This document shows positions 11,784 to 28,790 of a stretch of 51,030 nucleotides of DNA, in pieces (position 1 is the first letter of the stretch; each line of letters begins with the position of its first letter). The notes below the pieces were generated by a model. That model saw only the letters and a program-made list of their open reading frames with translations. It searched no databases and had not been told where the DNA came from. The position numbers were made by a program, and so were the translations under genes. Origin of the DNA: Neolecta irregularis DAH-3 (taxonomy: Eukaryota); the NCBI GenBank assembly GCA_001929475.1, contig LXFE01000144.1, positions 1 through 51,030 on the forward strand, in the 5' to 3' direction.

Positions 11784-11998
11784 ATTATCAAGTTTCATAG
11801 GGAATAATACTATTATTACAGTTGTTTATTTTTGATGAGGATTGGACGTTCCCTAGACTGAATCAAAGCTATCTATTCAATTGTATCAAAAGGGGTTATG
11901 TTGTATCTATCAAACCGTCACCCCCGAGGCCATTTTGACAATAACTATGTTTGGAAACCTCAACCACACTAAACAAGGGAAATTCGGCGTAATTAAAT

Positions 11999-14021
<2,023 letters not shown>

Positions 14022-14535
14022 AGGTTGCAACGCGGGGCGGGGTCGACTGCTTAATATGTTTCCCGCTGCGGCACGTGACCGCGCAAGCACGGGCGTGCTG
14101 GTCGTCGCAGAACTGCTAGTGCAAACTCTAAATGATAGCCTATAGTACATAGTGGTGCAGGGCACGGATAGTGTGGTGTATGGCATCGTGTAGTATATGG
14201 CATGGGCACAGGACAGTGCATACAGTCCAATCTGCTGCTCCGCCATCTCTGCTGTGCTCGCATATCACTGCAGACTCGCAGACCTGCCGCAATGAACGCT
14301 TGCTACGCATCTCTGCGCTGCCGTTGTTCCATCGCAGTGTCGCTCCAGACACCGCCCCCGCTTAAAACACATACTGCACGAGACCCGGACCGCCAGCGCA
14401 TGCCAAGACCGCCAGAACATGTCGCGCGGTTTCCTCAGCGACGCTCCCTAGTCTGCCCGTGTTTGCTCTTATAGCCCCCTTGCACCTAATTTGCTTTGCC
14501 TGTTCATTACCCGTCCCTTCCCGTCCACCGTCTGC

Positions 14536-16197
14536 ATGCCCGTGAAGAAGATATGCTGCATCGGCGCGGGCTATGTCGGTAAGTCCGTTCTATCCTACCC
14601 CGGAGCTAATCACACGGCCATCAGGCGGCCCCACATGCACCGTCCTCGCTTCACGCTGCCCGGAGATACTAGTCACCATAGTCGATGTCAATCCGTCCAA
14701 AATCGCGCAGTGGAACTCAGACTCCCTCCCAATCTACGAACCAGGCCTCCTCCGGCTCGTCCAGCGCATCCGCGGAAGAAACTTGTTTTTCAGCACTGAT
14801 ATAGACACCGCCATACAGGAGGCTGATCTCGTCTTCGTCAGCGTAAATACTCCCACAAAGATCAATGGCATTGGCGCTGGATTTGCCGGCATGCCACAGT
14901 CACACGCGCCAGACTAACCAGATAGCCGACCTGAAATACATCGAACTAGCCACCAGACGCATCGCAGATGTCGCGAGGGGCTCAAAAATTATCGTCGAAA
15001 AATCAACAGTACCTTATAAGACGGCAGACGCAATGAGAGCCATTCTGGACGCAAACTCCAAGCCAGGCTCTCATTTTGACATCATTTCAAACCCAGAGTT
15101 TCTAGCAGAGGTATTTTTAGAAACAAGCCGCTCTAAACATAGGGCACCGCGATCGAAGATTTAACGAATCCAGATCGTGTATTAATTGGAAGTCTAGAGA
15201 CTCCATCTGGAAGACAGGCAGCAGAAGACTTGGCTGCAGTCTACAGGAACTGGGTCCCCGATGACAAAATCCTCATAACAAACCTATGGAGCAGTGAAAT
15301 CTCCAAATTGGTACTTCCCATCATCTAATTTCTCTCAACCCCCCAGGCTGCAAATGCTCTTCTCGCCCAAAGAATCAGTAGCATCAACGCCCTAAGTTCA
15401 ATCTGTGAAGCAACCGGTGCAAACGTAGCCGAAGTCGCAAGAGCGTGTGGTGTATTCCGAACCCGAGACTATACATTAACCTCAAGTTTGACTCTCGAAT
15501 TGGTCCGAAATTTCTAAATGCGTCCCTTGGCTTTGGCGGTTCCTGTTTCCAAAAAGATATTCTTAATCTAGTATACCTCTCCGACTCACTTCATCTCCCT
15601 CAAGTTTCATCCTACTGGAAACAAATCGTCCTTTTAAACGAATTCCAAAAACAACGATTTATAAACCGATTAATCCAAGGATGTCTAAACACAATAACCG
15701 GAAAACGAATCGCAATCTGGGGATTCGCATTTAAAAAAGATACAGGCGATACCCGAGAAAGTCCTGCGATCACAATCGTCCAAGGATTCCTAAAAGAAGG
15801 CGCAAACGTAATTATATATGACCCCAAAGTCCCTGAAACACAAATATGGAGCGACTTGCAAGAAGAAAGTTTTGCATCTCCATTTGATGAGAATCCAAAT
15901 CCAAATCCATCTTGTTTAAATTCGCTTCATCTCGTTACAATTGCAAAGTCGGCCGGTCAAGCTGCGTTTGGCGCTGATGCTGTGGTTATTTGTACTGAAT
16001 GGGATGAATTTAAACCCGAAAACTGCGACTACGATTTAATTTATAGGAATTGTAGGAAACCTGCCAGTCTTTACGATGGTCGTGGTATAATTCAACTACC
16101 TGATGAAGAGAAATTAATTAAAATGGGATGGAAAGTTGAAGTTGTAGGAAGAGCTCCTCGACAAAAGGATTCTTCCTCTTTAAACGATTCTCCTTGA
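14536..16197 (+). CDS. UGD1: UDP-glucose 6-dehydrogenase (5 introns, one GC-AG)
   Basis: [67 protein letters not shown]. Confidence 0.96.
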
Positions 16198-16926
16198 TTT
16201 GATGTTGCTTTGGATGGGTATTTTCTGCCCCTTTGATCATTGGAGTTTTAGGGCTGAATTCTCCATAATTTTTAACTTGAGTCAATCCAAAGATTTCCTC
16301 ATTCAATACAAGCAAAATAAAATATCATCAAACTCATTAGCCAACCCCTTTACTGCCCCAACAAGACAATTACGTCTATTATGTCTAATCCCTGTATACT
16401 TCCGAATCACCAAGGTAATATCTCCAACCTATAACAAGTACCCTACTGTGTATGGATTGTAGACTTGATTCCAAATTAGCTTGAGAACTTATCAAGAGTT
16501 TTAGCGGATACCCTATGGTAAACTACAATCGCAAGGTCTCGTTAGATTGCTTTAAATGGATGATAATATAATAACCTATTGATATGAATAATTGTCTAGA
16601 AAGGTCTTCTTGATCAAAAGTCCCGATTATACCAAGGGGATCACTATATATGTTTGTCGAACATGACAATTTAAAATAATTGTTCTTTTATTGATCTTCT
16701 CAGTGGGAGTTCTCGCGGCATTGTGGGCAAAACAGGCAAGGTATCCCGCGTGGCTCACAAATTGCATGTATTCTCACTACATAATTATTTGATGAATCAT
16801 CCTGGCGTCCATATCCTCTGAAAAACAGAAATCCATATGCTGTTTTCTCAAACCGTTGGTAGAATTTGGTATCAATCTCACGTGGTTCGATATATATATA
16901 CTGGGGGCTGTACTCCTAAATATGCT

Positions 16927-19900
16927 ATGACTGTAGATTCACAGTCAGACGAACTACAAGAAGCTCTAAAACATCTTAGTTCACTAAAGGCAAACGAGCA
17001 TTGGTTTTGCCAGCCAAAAAATGTCATATATGCCCGTACAGCCCTTCATTTGTTTTCTTACCCTGAAAGCGACGCTTTAAAATGGCTCAAGAAATCGTCA
17101 ATTTTGCAATTGACATCCTGCCATCTCTGCTCAAAGGAATACCACAATTCGAAAAGGGAATTGAGAAGGGATATGGGCGGGTATAATACTATCATTCGTA
17201 TCTATTTCTAATCAAAAAGTTACGAAGATGGAGGAATCGAGGAGTTCTTTAAGCGGTTATACGACTTTGATGTCTCTCGACTCAAATCCTCTCTTGAAGA
17301 ATCTTGCGCTGCGATTGAATTGAACCCGAAACTCAAATCTTCTGAAATCCCTCTTCAAAGTCATGTAGCGATGTTTGAATGTATCTATGCACCCGTCCTC
17401 CTCCATGACAATTCCCTTTTCGAGTCTTTCAAAAAAGTCTTTCTTGGCGTTCAAGCGAATGGAGGGTTTCTTAGAGTAGAATTGGTCCCGGGTGTTCTCA
17501 CTTTTCTATTTAGTGATAACCCGGGTCTTCGCGGATGGGCTGAGAAGTCGCTTAGAAAACAGGCTCACAAGATAACTTCCAAAGAGTTTCATTCCCTTTT
17601 TCGATACGAGTTTGAAGAAACAAAGAGGACTCTAACTCGGCCAATGGTCAATTATGAATGGAGGGCACTGTCAATTCTTTTAAAGGCCCTCGATAAAAAC
17701 GCTATCTTGTCTGGAATCTGTGGTGAAGGATTTGATATTGTCAAATTTGTTCATTCAAATTTGTGGTCCCAAGATTCCTCGATCTTGGAAATTCTTCAGG
17801 CTTTCTCCACGCTATTGTCTACACTTGGATCCGAATTTTGGGTGCGGCTGATGCCACTTACATGTGCAAACATCATCGACCAAATCATGTTAAAACTGAA
17901 AGATCCAATCGAACATCCGGAAATTTTAAGAGACGATGAATTGACTGAATCATTCGGCTGGGTTAAGCCTCTTCTTTATTCACAAAATGGACATTCAAAA
18001 CCAAAAGTCGCACAGAAATTATGCCACTATTTCTTTGACCAGTGGCAAACTCAATACATTCCTGGTATATCCAAACAAGTCGCTCTTTCCTTTGGGCTCT
18101 CAACTCTCAAGACGATGTTGGACGAAACCAGTCAATCCAATTATATTGATGCATCACCTGATCGACTTCTTCGAAAAGAAATCCGGGGTGTCGTTGATGT
18201 GTATCAAGATTTTGTCCTTTGTAATCTCGATCATCCGGATTCAATCGCGATTATCGGATTGTGTATCGAAATAGACGCTAATCAAGTGAAACAAGACTAT
18301 CTTGAAAACGCGTCGGATCTGTGGGACTATAGTCAAACAATATCAGTTCTTCCGCAAATTCGCAACACAAACTTATACAAAACAATTATCGCAAACTTGC
18401 TCCCGTCAGTAATGGTTGATCTACTCCCCGAAAACCCACCATATACTGCTGGCCTTCAGAAATTTAGAAACGAGATATCGGGATTGTTTCAGCAATTATC
18501 TCTGCTTGATCAAACGGAACTAAACTTTCTTCTTCGCGACGAAAAAACTCAAAAAACGATGATTGCATTTTTGCTATCACCATGTACCGAATGGACTCAA
18601 GCTGCCATCGATATCATTAAGCAAGCCTTCGACGCAACTAGTCGTGCGGAAGGCGTTAAAGGATTAATTCAGCTAGATCCAAATTTATCTATTCGAAATA
18701 TATCAAATGCTCTTGAAAAAGTCGGAGAACTGAAGAGTCTGTTATCCGCAAGGCGCGCCGTTCGATTCGGAGGAGATTTTCTGACCCACATGGTAGCTGA
18801 TCGAGGTGGCATCCTTAAAAATTCAAATATTAAACTCGATCGCCTCGTAATTCAATTATTCTGGAAATCATACTGGGGTGTTCTTATACACGGGATCGCA
18901 AATGCAACTAGCTGGTCTGAAAAAGAAGATAAATATCAACTAATCGAATTTATGAGAAGTCTCACGGATGTGGCGACGGAACTCATTGAAAGTCACCATT
19001 TGTTTGAATCGGCTATCAGTGGGGAAGTAATCTCATCGCCACTACGACCTAGCGGAATCAAATCGGAACTCTTAGGGATTGCCATGCAGGCTCTTCCATA
19101 TCTCGTCGTTTGGTTGCGTTTGAATGACAAACAGCTTCTTACTACAACTGTCAGCCTCATCTGCCGGATGTTGCGAAAGTTCGTCAGGGCCGCTGTTGAA
19201 GTTCCGAAAGAGATTCTTCAAGACCTTGAGAAATCCACGACAAGCAAGAAGCGACTGATTCTAGACGACCAGATGAGGGAAGATATTTGGATAGCACTGA
19301 GTGAGCATGAGGATGAAGCAAGAATGCTTGTCGAAGGTACCGCTGAAAAATCTACTGCTCCAATACCCTCGACGTCAATGCCAACCGGAAAGATCGACTT
19401 TGTAAAGTGGAAGAACTATAGTAAGAAATCAAAAGCTCCAATGACTGAACTGGGGCCTTCTTGGAAAGAAAACGCTATAATAATTGATGATGATACTGCT
19501 CTATCGCAGATAAAAGAACACGTCCCTATGGTTATGGACCCGCCAAAGGTTTATGTTAGGTCAACGAACCCAGCAAAGTCGCGCTCTGCCCAAAAATCGT
19601 CGGTTAAGACAGCAAGTTCATCGAAATCTAGCTCTGCAATGCAACAACTTCGAGGAGATTTTTCTAAAGACCGGAAAACTCTCTCTAAACCGATCAAGAT
19701 TAGCGATAAGAAGCCTCGATTACTCGGACAATCAGATATTGTTGGGAAAGATTCTGCCGGCACTATTAGTACTAGCGATAATTCATCGTCTGAAGAAAGT
19801 AGCGACGACGAAAGTGATAGTAATGGTTTGTTTTCTCTAGCTAAAACCCATAAAACGCCCCCAAAGATTCGCAGAACAGAACGTCGAGAGATCAAGATCT

Positions 19901-22900
19901 TGGAAGGAACAAGTGACATGAGTGGAGTTCGAAGGGCCGAAACTGAACGCCAGCGACGAATCAAAGCTGAACAGCATGCGAAAGCTAGACTGACGCCCGA
20001 TCTTGCTCCTCTACATAAAATAATTCTCTCCTGGTCACCTCATCATGAAGGGCCTCTACCTCCCGATGCGAAAGAGAGTGATTACCTCAAAGTTTCGAAT
20101 AAATTCAATTCTGCCGAAAGATACGCTCAGACTTTCCAGCCATTACTTATGCTCGAAGCATGGCAACAGATTGTCCGGGCAAAAGAAGAATGTGGGACCG
20201 AAATATTCAAACTTAAAGTCGAAGGGCGTAGCTCTGTCGATGAAATGGTCGAAATTCAGGGTAATGTCGATCATGAAACTTTTCGATCTCATAAACTCGG
20301 CGATACCGATGTTATTGTCTTGAGTAATAGCGCCAATCCATTTGACCAAGGCCCTGCTAATTTCTCTTTCATGGCCAAAGTTCACGGGGTTTTAAGAAAA
20401 AAGGATACAGTTGAGATTTCAGTTCGCTGTGTACCTCCATATACTGTTATCCAACAATTACGAACCAGGATAGAGTACTTCGCTGTGAAGCTTATTGGGT
20501 GCGTTTGGGCGTTGGGGGTAAAAAGCTAATTCAAGGCTTACACCTATCCATCGGGAATATAGCGCTTTGAAAGGACTTGCTTATTACGATCTCTGCGATG
20601 ATATAGTCTGTGGTAGGCCCTGTATCATTCAGAATCCGCTTCCTCAGATCATTCGTGAAACTATGAGTGCATACAATCTTAATGAGCCACAAGCCAAAGC
20701 TGTTGCTGCTGCTCAAAACGTAGAAGGCTTTAGTCTGATCCAAGGGTAAATTCAATCCAGCTTGACACATTGCTTATACAATAAGGCCCCCAGGAACAGG
20801 AAAGACGAAAACGATCTTGGGCATGGTCGGTGCGTTCCTTACGGATCAAAGAAATAAGCCTGTTCAAATTGCCCGTCCGGGGATGACGATGATCAAATTA
20901 AACCCAGCAAAAATCCTTCTTTGTGCACCTAGTAACGCAGCTGTGGACGAAATTTTACTCAGACTTAAAGGCGGGATCTTGGACGCCAAAGGGGAGAAGT
21001 GGAGTCCAAAGGTCGTTCGCATAGGTCATTCTGACATGGTCAATGTCGCTGTGAAAGATATGACATTGGAAGAACTGGTTGATCGCGCAATGGGGAACTT
21101 ACAATCCTCCAACGTTGATCCCAGCGCAATTCGAGAGATGCTTAACAAAATTCTTCAAGAGCGGGATTCATTAAAACACGAAGCTGACCAACTTCGCCAA
21201 AATAATCAAGACACATCAGCTCTTGAAGAAAAGATTCGCTCTCTAAACCAAAAGAAATTGAAAATTGGCCAAGAACTCGATGATGCTCGTGATAAACAGA
21301 ATACAGATAATCGGCGGCGTGACTTTCAAAGGAGGAGTTTGCAAATGGAAATCCTGAACAATGCCGAAGTAATTTGTTGTACATTGAGCGGTAGTGGTCA
21401 TGAGATGTTGACAAGCATGGCAGTCAACTTCGAAACTGTCATCATCGACGAGGCTGCTCAATGTATCGAACTAAGTGCTCTCATTCCGCTAAAGTATGGA
21501 TGCAAAAGATGCATATTAGTCGGAGGTCTACTCTTCCTCAAGTACCATACTGAAGATGTAGATCCCAATCAATTACCACCAACTGTCCTATCCCAAGCCG
21601 CAGCGGGCTATGCATATGAACAGAGTCTCTTTGTGCGAATGCAGGCAAATCATCCTCAATTGGTCCATCTCCTCAGCATTCAGTATCGAATGCATCCAGA
21701 AATATCACTTTTTCCTAGTCGTCAGTTCTATAATTCGAAACTTCTCGATGGCTCAAATGTGGCGATAGATACAAAACGCCCATGGCATAAAAGTTCGCTG
21801 TTCACTGAGTACCGTTTCTTTGATGTAGGTGGTCGTGAGGAAGTGGGCAAAACTCGCTCTGTCATGAACAGAATGGAAATAAATGTTGCAATTCAACTTT
21901 ATGACCGACTACAGGCCGATTTTCCAAAAGTTGATGTCAGTATATCCTGAAATAGTCCTTTGACATTCTAGTTTGACGGGAAAATCGGTATTGTTACACC
22001 CTATAAACAGCAATGGCGTGAACTTAAACGACAGTTCCAAAATAAATACGGCGGAATGATATTCAATTCAGTAGATTTTAACACTGTTGACGGGTTCCAG
22101 GGTCAAGAGAAAGATATTATCATATTCTCTTGTGTGCGAGCTTCGGAAGGTACTGGAATCGGGTTTCTTGCAGATGTTCGGCGTATGAATGTTGCTTTGA
22201 CTAGGGCGAAAAGTTCCTTGTTTATTTTAGGAAATGTGAACAGCTTGGAAGGCAATAGCTATTGGAGAGCACTAATTCGAGATGCAAGAGAACGAAACCT
22301 TATAACCCGGGTACGCTTTTGCTATACCGTATGCTGATATACAGTGGAACCCTGGATTGTTTCGAAATAGGATTAAACCTCGCGAAAATCACTACCAAGA
22401 CAAAGAATTTAAAAAATCCAATGATCTCATAATCACCGCTGAGAATCATCATGTATATCAACCTCAACTAAACCTGGTCAACAGACACTCTGAGTCACTA
22501 GCTTCTCTGACAGCCCAACCTGGATTATCTGGCTCAATTTCCGCACAGAAACCTTCAAACTCTTCCAGCGTTAGAGAGGCCCCCATTAAAATCTCTCGAG
22601 CGGAAGACTGTGCCATTCGTAGGGCGAACGTCACTAAAAAACGAATTGCAGAACAGCCAACAGAGGATCCTATTAAATCAAGACCACTAAAGCAGTCCAA
22701 GAAGGAAGATCTTCAATCTGCAAATTCCAAAAAGGTACACTTTGCCATGATATTGGTATTTTGACTAAAATAAGATTTCTGAATTCCCCAACGGAGACAA
22801 GGAGACTCCCCCATTGAACGAGAGCCCGAAACCCCCTATTGTACTGGTAAAACGTCCCAAAAAAGAGGTGGATATTTTCATTCGTAGAAAACCCGGGCAG

Positions 22901-22947
22901 GTATTAAACTTCGCTCTCAGTCACCTGCTAAAAATCAGGCCCGTTGA
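16927..22947 (+). CDS. SEN1: Sen1/senataxin SF1 helicase (8 introns)
   Basis: SEN1 N-terminal domain (HWFC..C..C), IQG|PPGTGKT, LLCAPSNAAVDE, IIDEAAQ, GDPNQLPPT, QYRMHP, TVDGFQGQEKD, RRMNVALTRAK. Confidence 0.95.
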
Positions 22948-24980
22948 TTAGAAGAGTAATTTAGGCTAGTATAGATATTGGACCAGGCAGGCATCATAGT
23001 GTGGAGTTTGATATCATTACAGAGCATATTGGGGTGGGATTTGGGAAAGGCGTCTTCAGGGATTTTATTTTATTGTCTAATGTCATACAATTTCCATTGC
23101 AGTATCTCCATTATAGATCTGACAAAAGGAGCAAGGTAATTACCTTGCTGCTTTGGGTAAACAATTATGCATTAACATTGTGCATAAGTAAAGGAGTTTC
23201 AGTAACAGACTGTCAAGTAAGCCCCTGTTTAGCCTCTAAAACAGCGTCCAACAGTACATATTCATATTTATCTATGCAAGAAGAAGCATGTATTTACTCG
23301 TACATCCGACCAAAGCTTCTCTACGGGAATTTGCTTAAAGATCCGCGTGTATATGTCCGCTCTTCGTTCTCATACCAAATGCGTCAGTTGACTTTCAAAT
23401 AGCTCCTGCACAACCTTGATAATCTGAAGCCTTTTATAATGGCATTTCTCAACGAAAGAACCACTTATTGGAGATTCGATATGTGGTCTCTTGCATGGAT
23501 TTTTGGTCATTGGATAACCCCTGGCAAAATTTGCTGCGCAGTGACACTTTAATCCAATGTGATCGGCGTTGAGAATGTCAGTTTCCCTTCGTCCCATACG
23601 CCGACAATCCTTTGTGCACAGTCCCTGTCAATCGTGTTACATGGATCATGCCGTCCCATTTTTTGGTTCTCGCCAATTTCTAGCGATGCATACTTAAGAC
23701 CGCCTTTTCTTCGCTTTCTTAACCATATTGGAAGACAACCCTATTTCAGCTGTCATTTCTGATATCTTACTTTTATAGTCCGACAGAAACACGAAAAATC
23801 AGTCATTTCTCATTGTCGATCGTTTGACTGAGAATGAACGACGTCATATACGGTGATAAAATGGTTTTTACAATTCCGAGCATCTTTGAAAAGGAGGCAT
23901 CAAGGGATAAGCTCCTTTGCTTAATTCGCGAGGGAAGATTCGTTTTTCGAATAGCTGAAGTTTTCAATGGGAGCTGGATGAATATCGAACTGCTTAGGAC
24001 ACGAAAGGAGGTTCATCTTTTGATTTTCCTCAATAAAGATGGTACTGATTTGTCTCATAGGCCTTTAAATACCCATTTTTGTGTCCAAGAGATTGTATTT
24101 CTATGCTTCAATCGTTCCAGAAACCAAACCTCTCATCATATTCACAATTTGACTCCCCCTCAGAATTTTTTCGACCGATGGTAGATCTTCTACTAAGTCG
24201 CCTTGACGATGTCTGCGTCAGGTTGAGTTCTTTTTTCCTTTCTGTTGAATCTTAACCGCTAGATTGTCTGAAGTGTGGGATACTGAGTATCTTCCGAGGT
24301 GCTCAAATGGCTCTCGGCTGCAGTTCTCTCTGCCTAGTCCAACATATACATTTTCGCCTCGGAATAGATATACTGTTTATGGCGATACAAAACTTCCCGG
24401 CGCTGTGAGCAACGAGAAGCAGCCCTCAATATTTCCTTTCCTGGTATGTCAGATGAGTACCCGGTGCCTGGCCCCCTCAGATGCAAACAATGTTGCTGAC
24501 ATCAAAGGGATACTCAACCCAAGGTTGACATTGATAGTGATTTATATCTTGCAATGTCAAAAATGCTTCATATCTTCGCATCTGTGGGAATATTTAGCCT
24601 CAGGGTATTCGGGTTGCTTTGTAAAGGCTCAAAATTTTCCATTTATACCGGTCGTTTATCAACTTTGAATCCTCGTGCATCATTATCCACTCGTTACAGG
24701 GTATATGTCTTCTCAGTGGAATTTAACCAACTCGCAGACTGAAATTCAGCTGATATTTCAAATCAATATCACCGAAAAGGAACATCCAAAATCTTTGGAG
24801 AAATTTCACTTTGTGAATTCGGAAGTTTTGGAACGTTTTAGGATGTTGTGCAATATTCTGTGGGCCATTCTGCACGAGGGGAAGAAGCGTATTTATGAGG
24901 CTATCGACACGCGAATCAAGGACATTACCTAATTTCATACTCCTCTAGTTACTAGATGAGTACCTTCCTGTGTAATCTAT

Positions 24981-25372
24981 TGTGACAAAGAGAGAAAAAT
25001 TCCTGTGCTGCATCTGGTCATATTTGTTGATCCAAAATGTCAGCACTACCTGGGGTTGGGTGCTGATGTGGACTTGGGTTGGATAGGCTAACGTAGATAC
25101 TATGAGCAAGAGTAACTACATATATTGAATATCAGGTGAAGACTAGCCAGCTACTCCAACTAGGCGCTACTTATATACAGATTCGGCACATGTGCTGCTA
25201 CTGCCATCTGCCTGCCTGTCTTTCTGTTGCCTTGCAGGGTGGCGGGTTTGTGACGGGCCCGACTGGGATGAGCTGCGGCCCTTGCTGCTCTCTGTGCTCC
25301 TTCCGACGATTGGGCGGTGGCGGTGGCAAGCTGGTGGGGGTTGCGCCGGTGGAGTAAAGTTGTGTCTCCACA
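24981..25372 (-). mobile_element. 3' LTR of a chromovirus-type element (~390 bp; left boundary 24969-24981)
   Basis: On the minus strand a G-rich polypurine-like tract (gggccggggggg) is directly followed by TGTGGAGACA; internal tatataag; ends ..CACA. Confidence 0.65.
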
Positions 25373-25890
25373 CCCCCCCGGCCCACAGGAAATTCCGTTC
25401 CGGTTTCCTTGACCTGTAACTGAATTTTTTGGGGGTTAACAAATAATTGAATTGACTCTTGCGCGTTCTTCAAGTGACTTTCCAGTTCCCAAGATGCTCC
25501 TCATCTGGGAAGCCTTTCGATTTGACAAGGTAAAAATTATTCCCTTTCCGGGTCTGATGGTCGCAGACTTTCTCGACATCATGCTCTGGGAACCCGTCTT
25601 GGAAATAAATCGGTGGCGGATATATGGTGGTCGATTCGGGAATAGCGTGGTGTCATTTCCTTGAAATTTCTTAAGCGACGTGTGGAACTTTGTGAAGTTT
25701 CGCATGTCCAGTGGAAGTTTTAGCTCGTGATTACCACTAGTGCCGACATGCGTTATAGGATAGGGGCCAATCCACTTTGGTATCAGCTTCTTACACGTCC
25801 CATCCTTTGCTGTAAAGTTCCGCGTCGAGAGCAGGACCAGGTCCTCTAGCTCGTACTCATTCCCTCGTTTCCGCGATTTGTAACAAAACC
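25373..25890 (-). pseudogene. Ty3/gypsy integrase C-terminus (GPY/F) plus chromodomain, two frameshifts
   Basis: DLVLLSTRN..KKLIPKWIGPYPI..ELKLP..FHTS; shifted frame PPPIY..EHDVEKVCDHQTRKGNNFYLVKSKGFPDEE; shifted again WELESHLKNAQESIQLF. Confidence 0.9.
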
Positions 25891-26160
25891 TCTCAGATCC
25901 GAGATAAACCAATTCTGTTGATTGGCACCCGTCCAGCATACTGAATCTAGTACGGCCAGGCCAATATCCACCCGCACCCGCCGAAGATTGACCTTTAAAG
26001 AAGAGCAGGTATTTTGAGGGGGTCGCTGCTATTTCCGATTGTTTCAGCTCTGATGCGCCGGTTCCACCGGAATTCTGACTGCAACAGCATCACGTGGCTT
26101 TCCTCTGAGATCGCATTACATTAAGGCGGTCGTTGCCCCTCACACGTTCCTCTTGATAGC

Positions 26161-28314
26161 ATGGCTGCTTTTGATGCGATGTCGACTATAGTAGACTCAC
26201 TGTCAGATTTTCCTGCTTTATGTCCATTTGATCCAATCACACCATCTGAAATTAATCTTACATCTGAGATTGTCAAGGCTGAATATGCCGACGCATCTTT
26301 GATGTTCAAAACTATTTCTCTAAAGGAGCCAAATAAGGATGCTACAGTAGCTTGGTTGAAAGCTGGAAAAAAAGGACCACCTCCTCTGCGCATCTCGTTT
26401 GCCCGCTTCTACAAGAGGGGAGACCGCTCTTACCATGAAGCTGTCGTCAATCTGACACGGAGAAAGATTGTCGAAAAGATAGCTCTCCCGAGCCATTTCC
26501 ATGGAAGACTCGATATAGAAGGCATGAATCAGGCTATCGAGATCGCCCTCGCAGATCCGTTAGTTCACGCCGAGATCGAAAGACTCAATCTGCCAAAAGG
26601 ATCTAAAGTCGCCGCTGAACCCTGGATGTATGGCAGCGACCGGATTGATCCCGGTAAACTTTTATGGCAGGCATTATAAGCGTCTTATTATCCTATGCTC
26701 ACGATTTAGATGTTCTTCTACCTCCAGTTGAACGACAACCCGCAACACAATCTTTATGCCCATCCTCTTGACTTTTCATGTGTCCTCGATCAGTTTGAGG
26801 GGAAAGTACTGAAAATTGTACGCCTTCCCCTCACTGAAGAGCCAAACAGCTTTGCAAAAGACGACCAAAAGTGGGTACAGACGGAAGATTCAGAATATGC
26901 CCCGGATTTCCAGAAAGAGATGCGCACAGACGCAAAGCCAATTGTGGTGACTCAGCCGGAAGGAACGTCGTACAAGATTACTAGAAATATAGTCAAATGG
27001 CAGAAATGGGAGTTTCATTTAGGATATAACGACCGCGAGGTATGTCTACAGGGATTTCTTATTCTCATCTCATAGGGTCCTGTTCTCTATAATCTTACCT
27101 ACGGCGGCCGTCCAACCTTTTACCGTCTATCCCTTTGTGAAATGGTTGTTCCCTACGGCGATCCACGGGCCCCTTATCATCGTAAGGCAGCCTTTGATCT
27201 CGGTGATTTTGGTGCTGGACCGTGCGCAAATAATCTCCAACTTGGATGTGATTGTCTGGGCGTAATCAAATATTTCGACGGATACATCACGACGCAGGAT
27301 GGCCAGGCATTGAAGAAGGAAAATTCTGTTTGCCTTCACGAACAAGACGCTGGAATTGGGTGGAAACATACCAATTTCCGAACAGGTGCAGTTACAGTAG
27401 TCCGGAGTCGAGAGTTAGTCATCCAAACTATTCTAACCGTTGCAAATTATGAGGTTTGAATTTGCACTGATCCTACTTGACAGTATAGTATGTTTTCGCC
27501 TGGGTTCTTGATCAAGCAGCTGGGATTCATTTCGAAGTTCGGGCCACTGGAATTCTTTCAACCGTCCCAATATCAAAAGATATCAAATCAACTCCATGGG
27601 GCATCAGCGTCACTCCAGGCTGTTTTGCTCCAGTACATCAACATATCTTTTCGCTTAGAATCGACCCGGCGATAGATGGTTATGATGGAACTCATGTTTC
27701 GTACGAAGATACCCTGCCAATGCCATTGGATGAACACAATCCCTATGGTGTTGGATATGGTGTCTATAGCACAAAAATTGAAACGAGCGGATATTTCGAC
27801 ACTGACGTTTCCAAAAATCGAGTTGTAAAGATAGCCTCCAAGGATACCAAGAGCGACGTCACCGGAAAGAATAGAGCCTACAAACTTGTTCCGGCAGCTA
27901 CGCAATTGATGCTCGCGCACCCTGAATCCCTTCATCAACAACGAGCAGAGTTCGCTGACCACGCATTCTGGTATACACTTTTCCGCGAACTTTGTTAACT
28001 TTAGGGTGACCAAACATCGAGACGATGAATTATATGCTGGTTCTGACCATACAAATCAGTCGCGAGGAGGTCACGGCATCCGGTCTTGGGCCAAACGAAA
28101 TGAAGATCTCGAAGATAAGTCGGTCCTATGGCACACCTTTGGTTTCAGCCATTCTCCTCGGCTCGAAGACTTCCCAGTCATGCCTTGCGAAACTTTACGA
28201 GTTGCCTTGAAACCGAATGGCTTTTTTGATCGGAATCCACTGTTGGATGTTCCTGGAGATAACAAAGAGAAGAATGGAAGTGTTCTTTACGACCAAGCGT
28301 GTTGTGCAAAGTGA
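26161..28314 (+). CDS. Copper amine oxidase (4 introns, one GC-AG)
   Basis: PFDPIT, WQKWEFH, EMVVPYGDPR, LGCDCLG, TVANYE|Y (TPQ motif), HQH, H.PRLEDFPVMP. Confidence 0.95.
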
Positions 28315-28790
28315 TTCTCGTTAGATGGTATATCTTTCTTTTAATCTCTGTTGATAAGTCAAATATTTTCAAAATATTTTCATCACGATTTGAACATTCC
28401 ATTTTGACTTATAGACATTGGTGCAGAATAATCCATAATACATTTGGCTCATGTTTCACCGAATGGCTACAATCTTGGTTGGTTGTCAATTTTCCAATCT
28501 AATCTCCGGTTGAGATCACTTTCCTTCATGACATGTGTTCTGAATCTTATAATTGTGGGATGTGAAATGGTGGAACTTCGGTTTCTGCTGCAACTTTAAT
28601 AATAAAAATGCATTCTCATTACTACTACATCCGTCAAATCAAATGGTGAAGTAACTCTGTTGAGATTACTCCGAAGATCAAAGTCGGACCAACATCAACT
28701 GTCGCTATGAAATGCAAGAAGTTATTCGATATAAATTATAATTATGTAACTTTTTCACATATATGAATAATATATCTGACAATTTACGAT

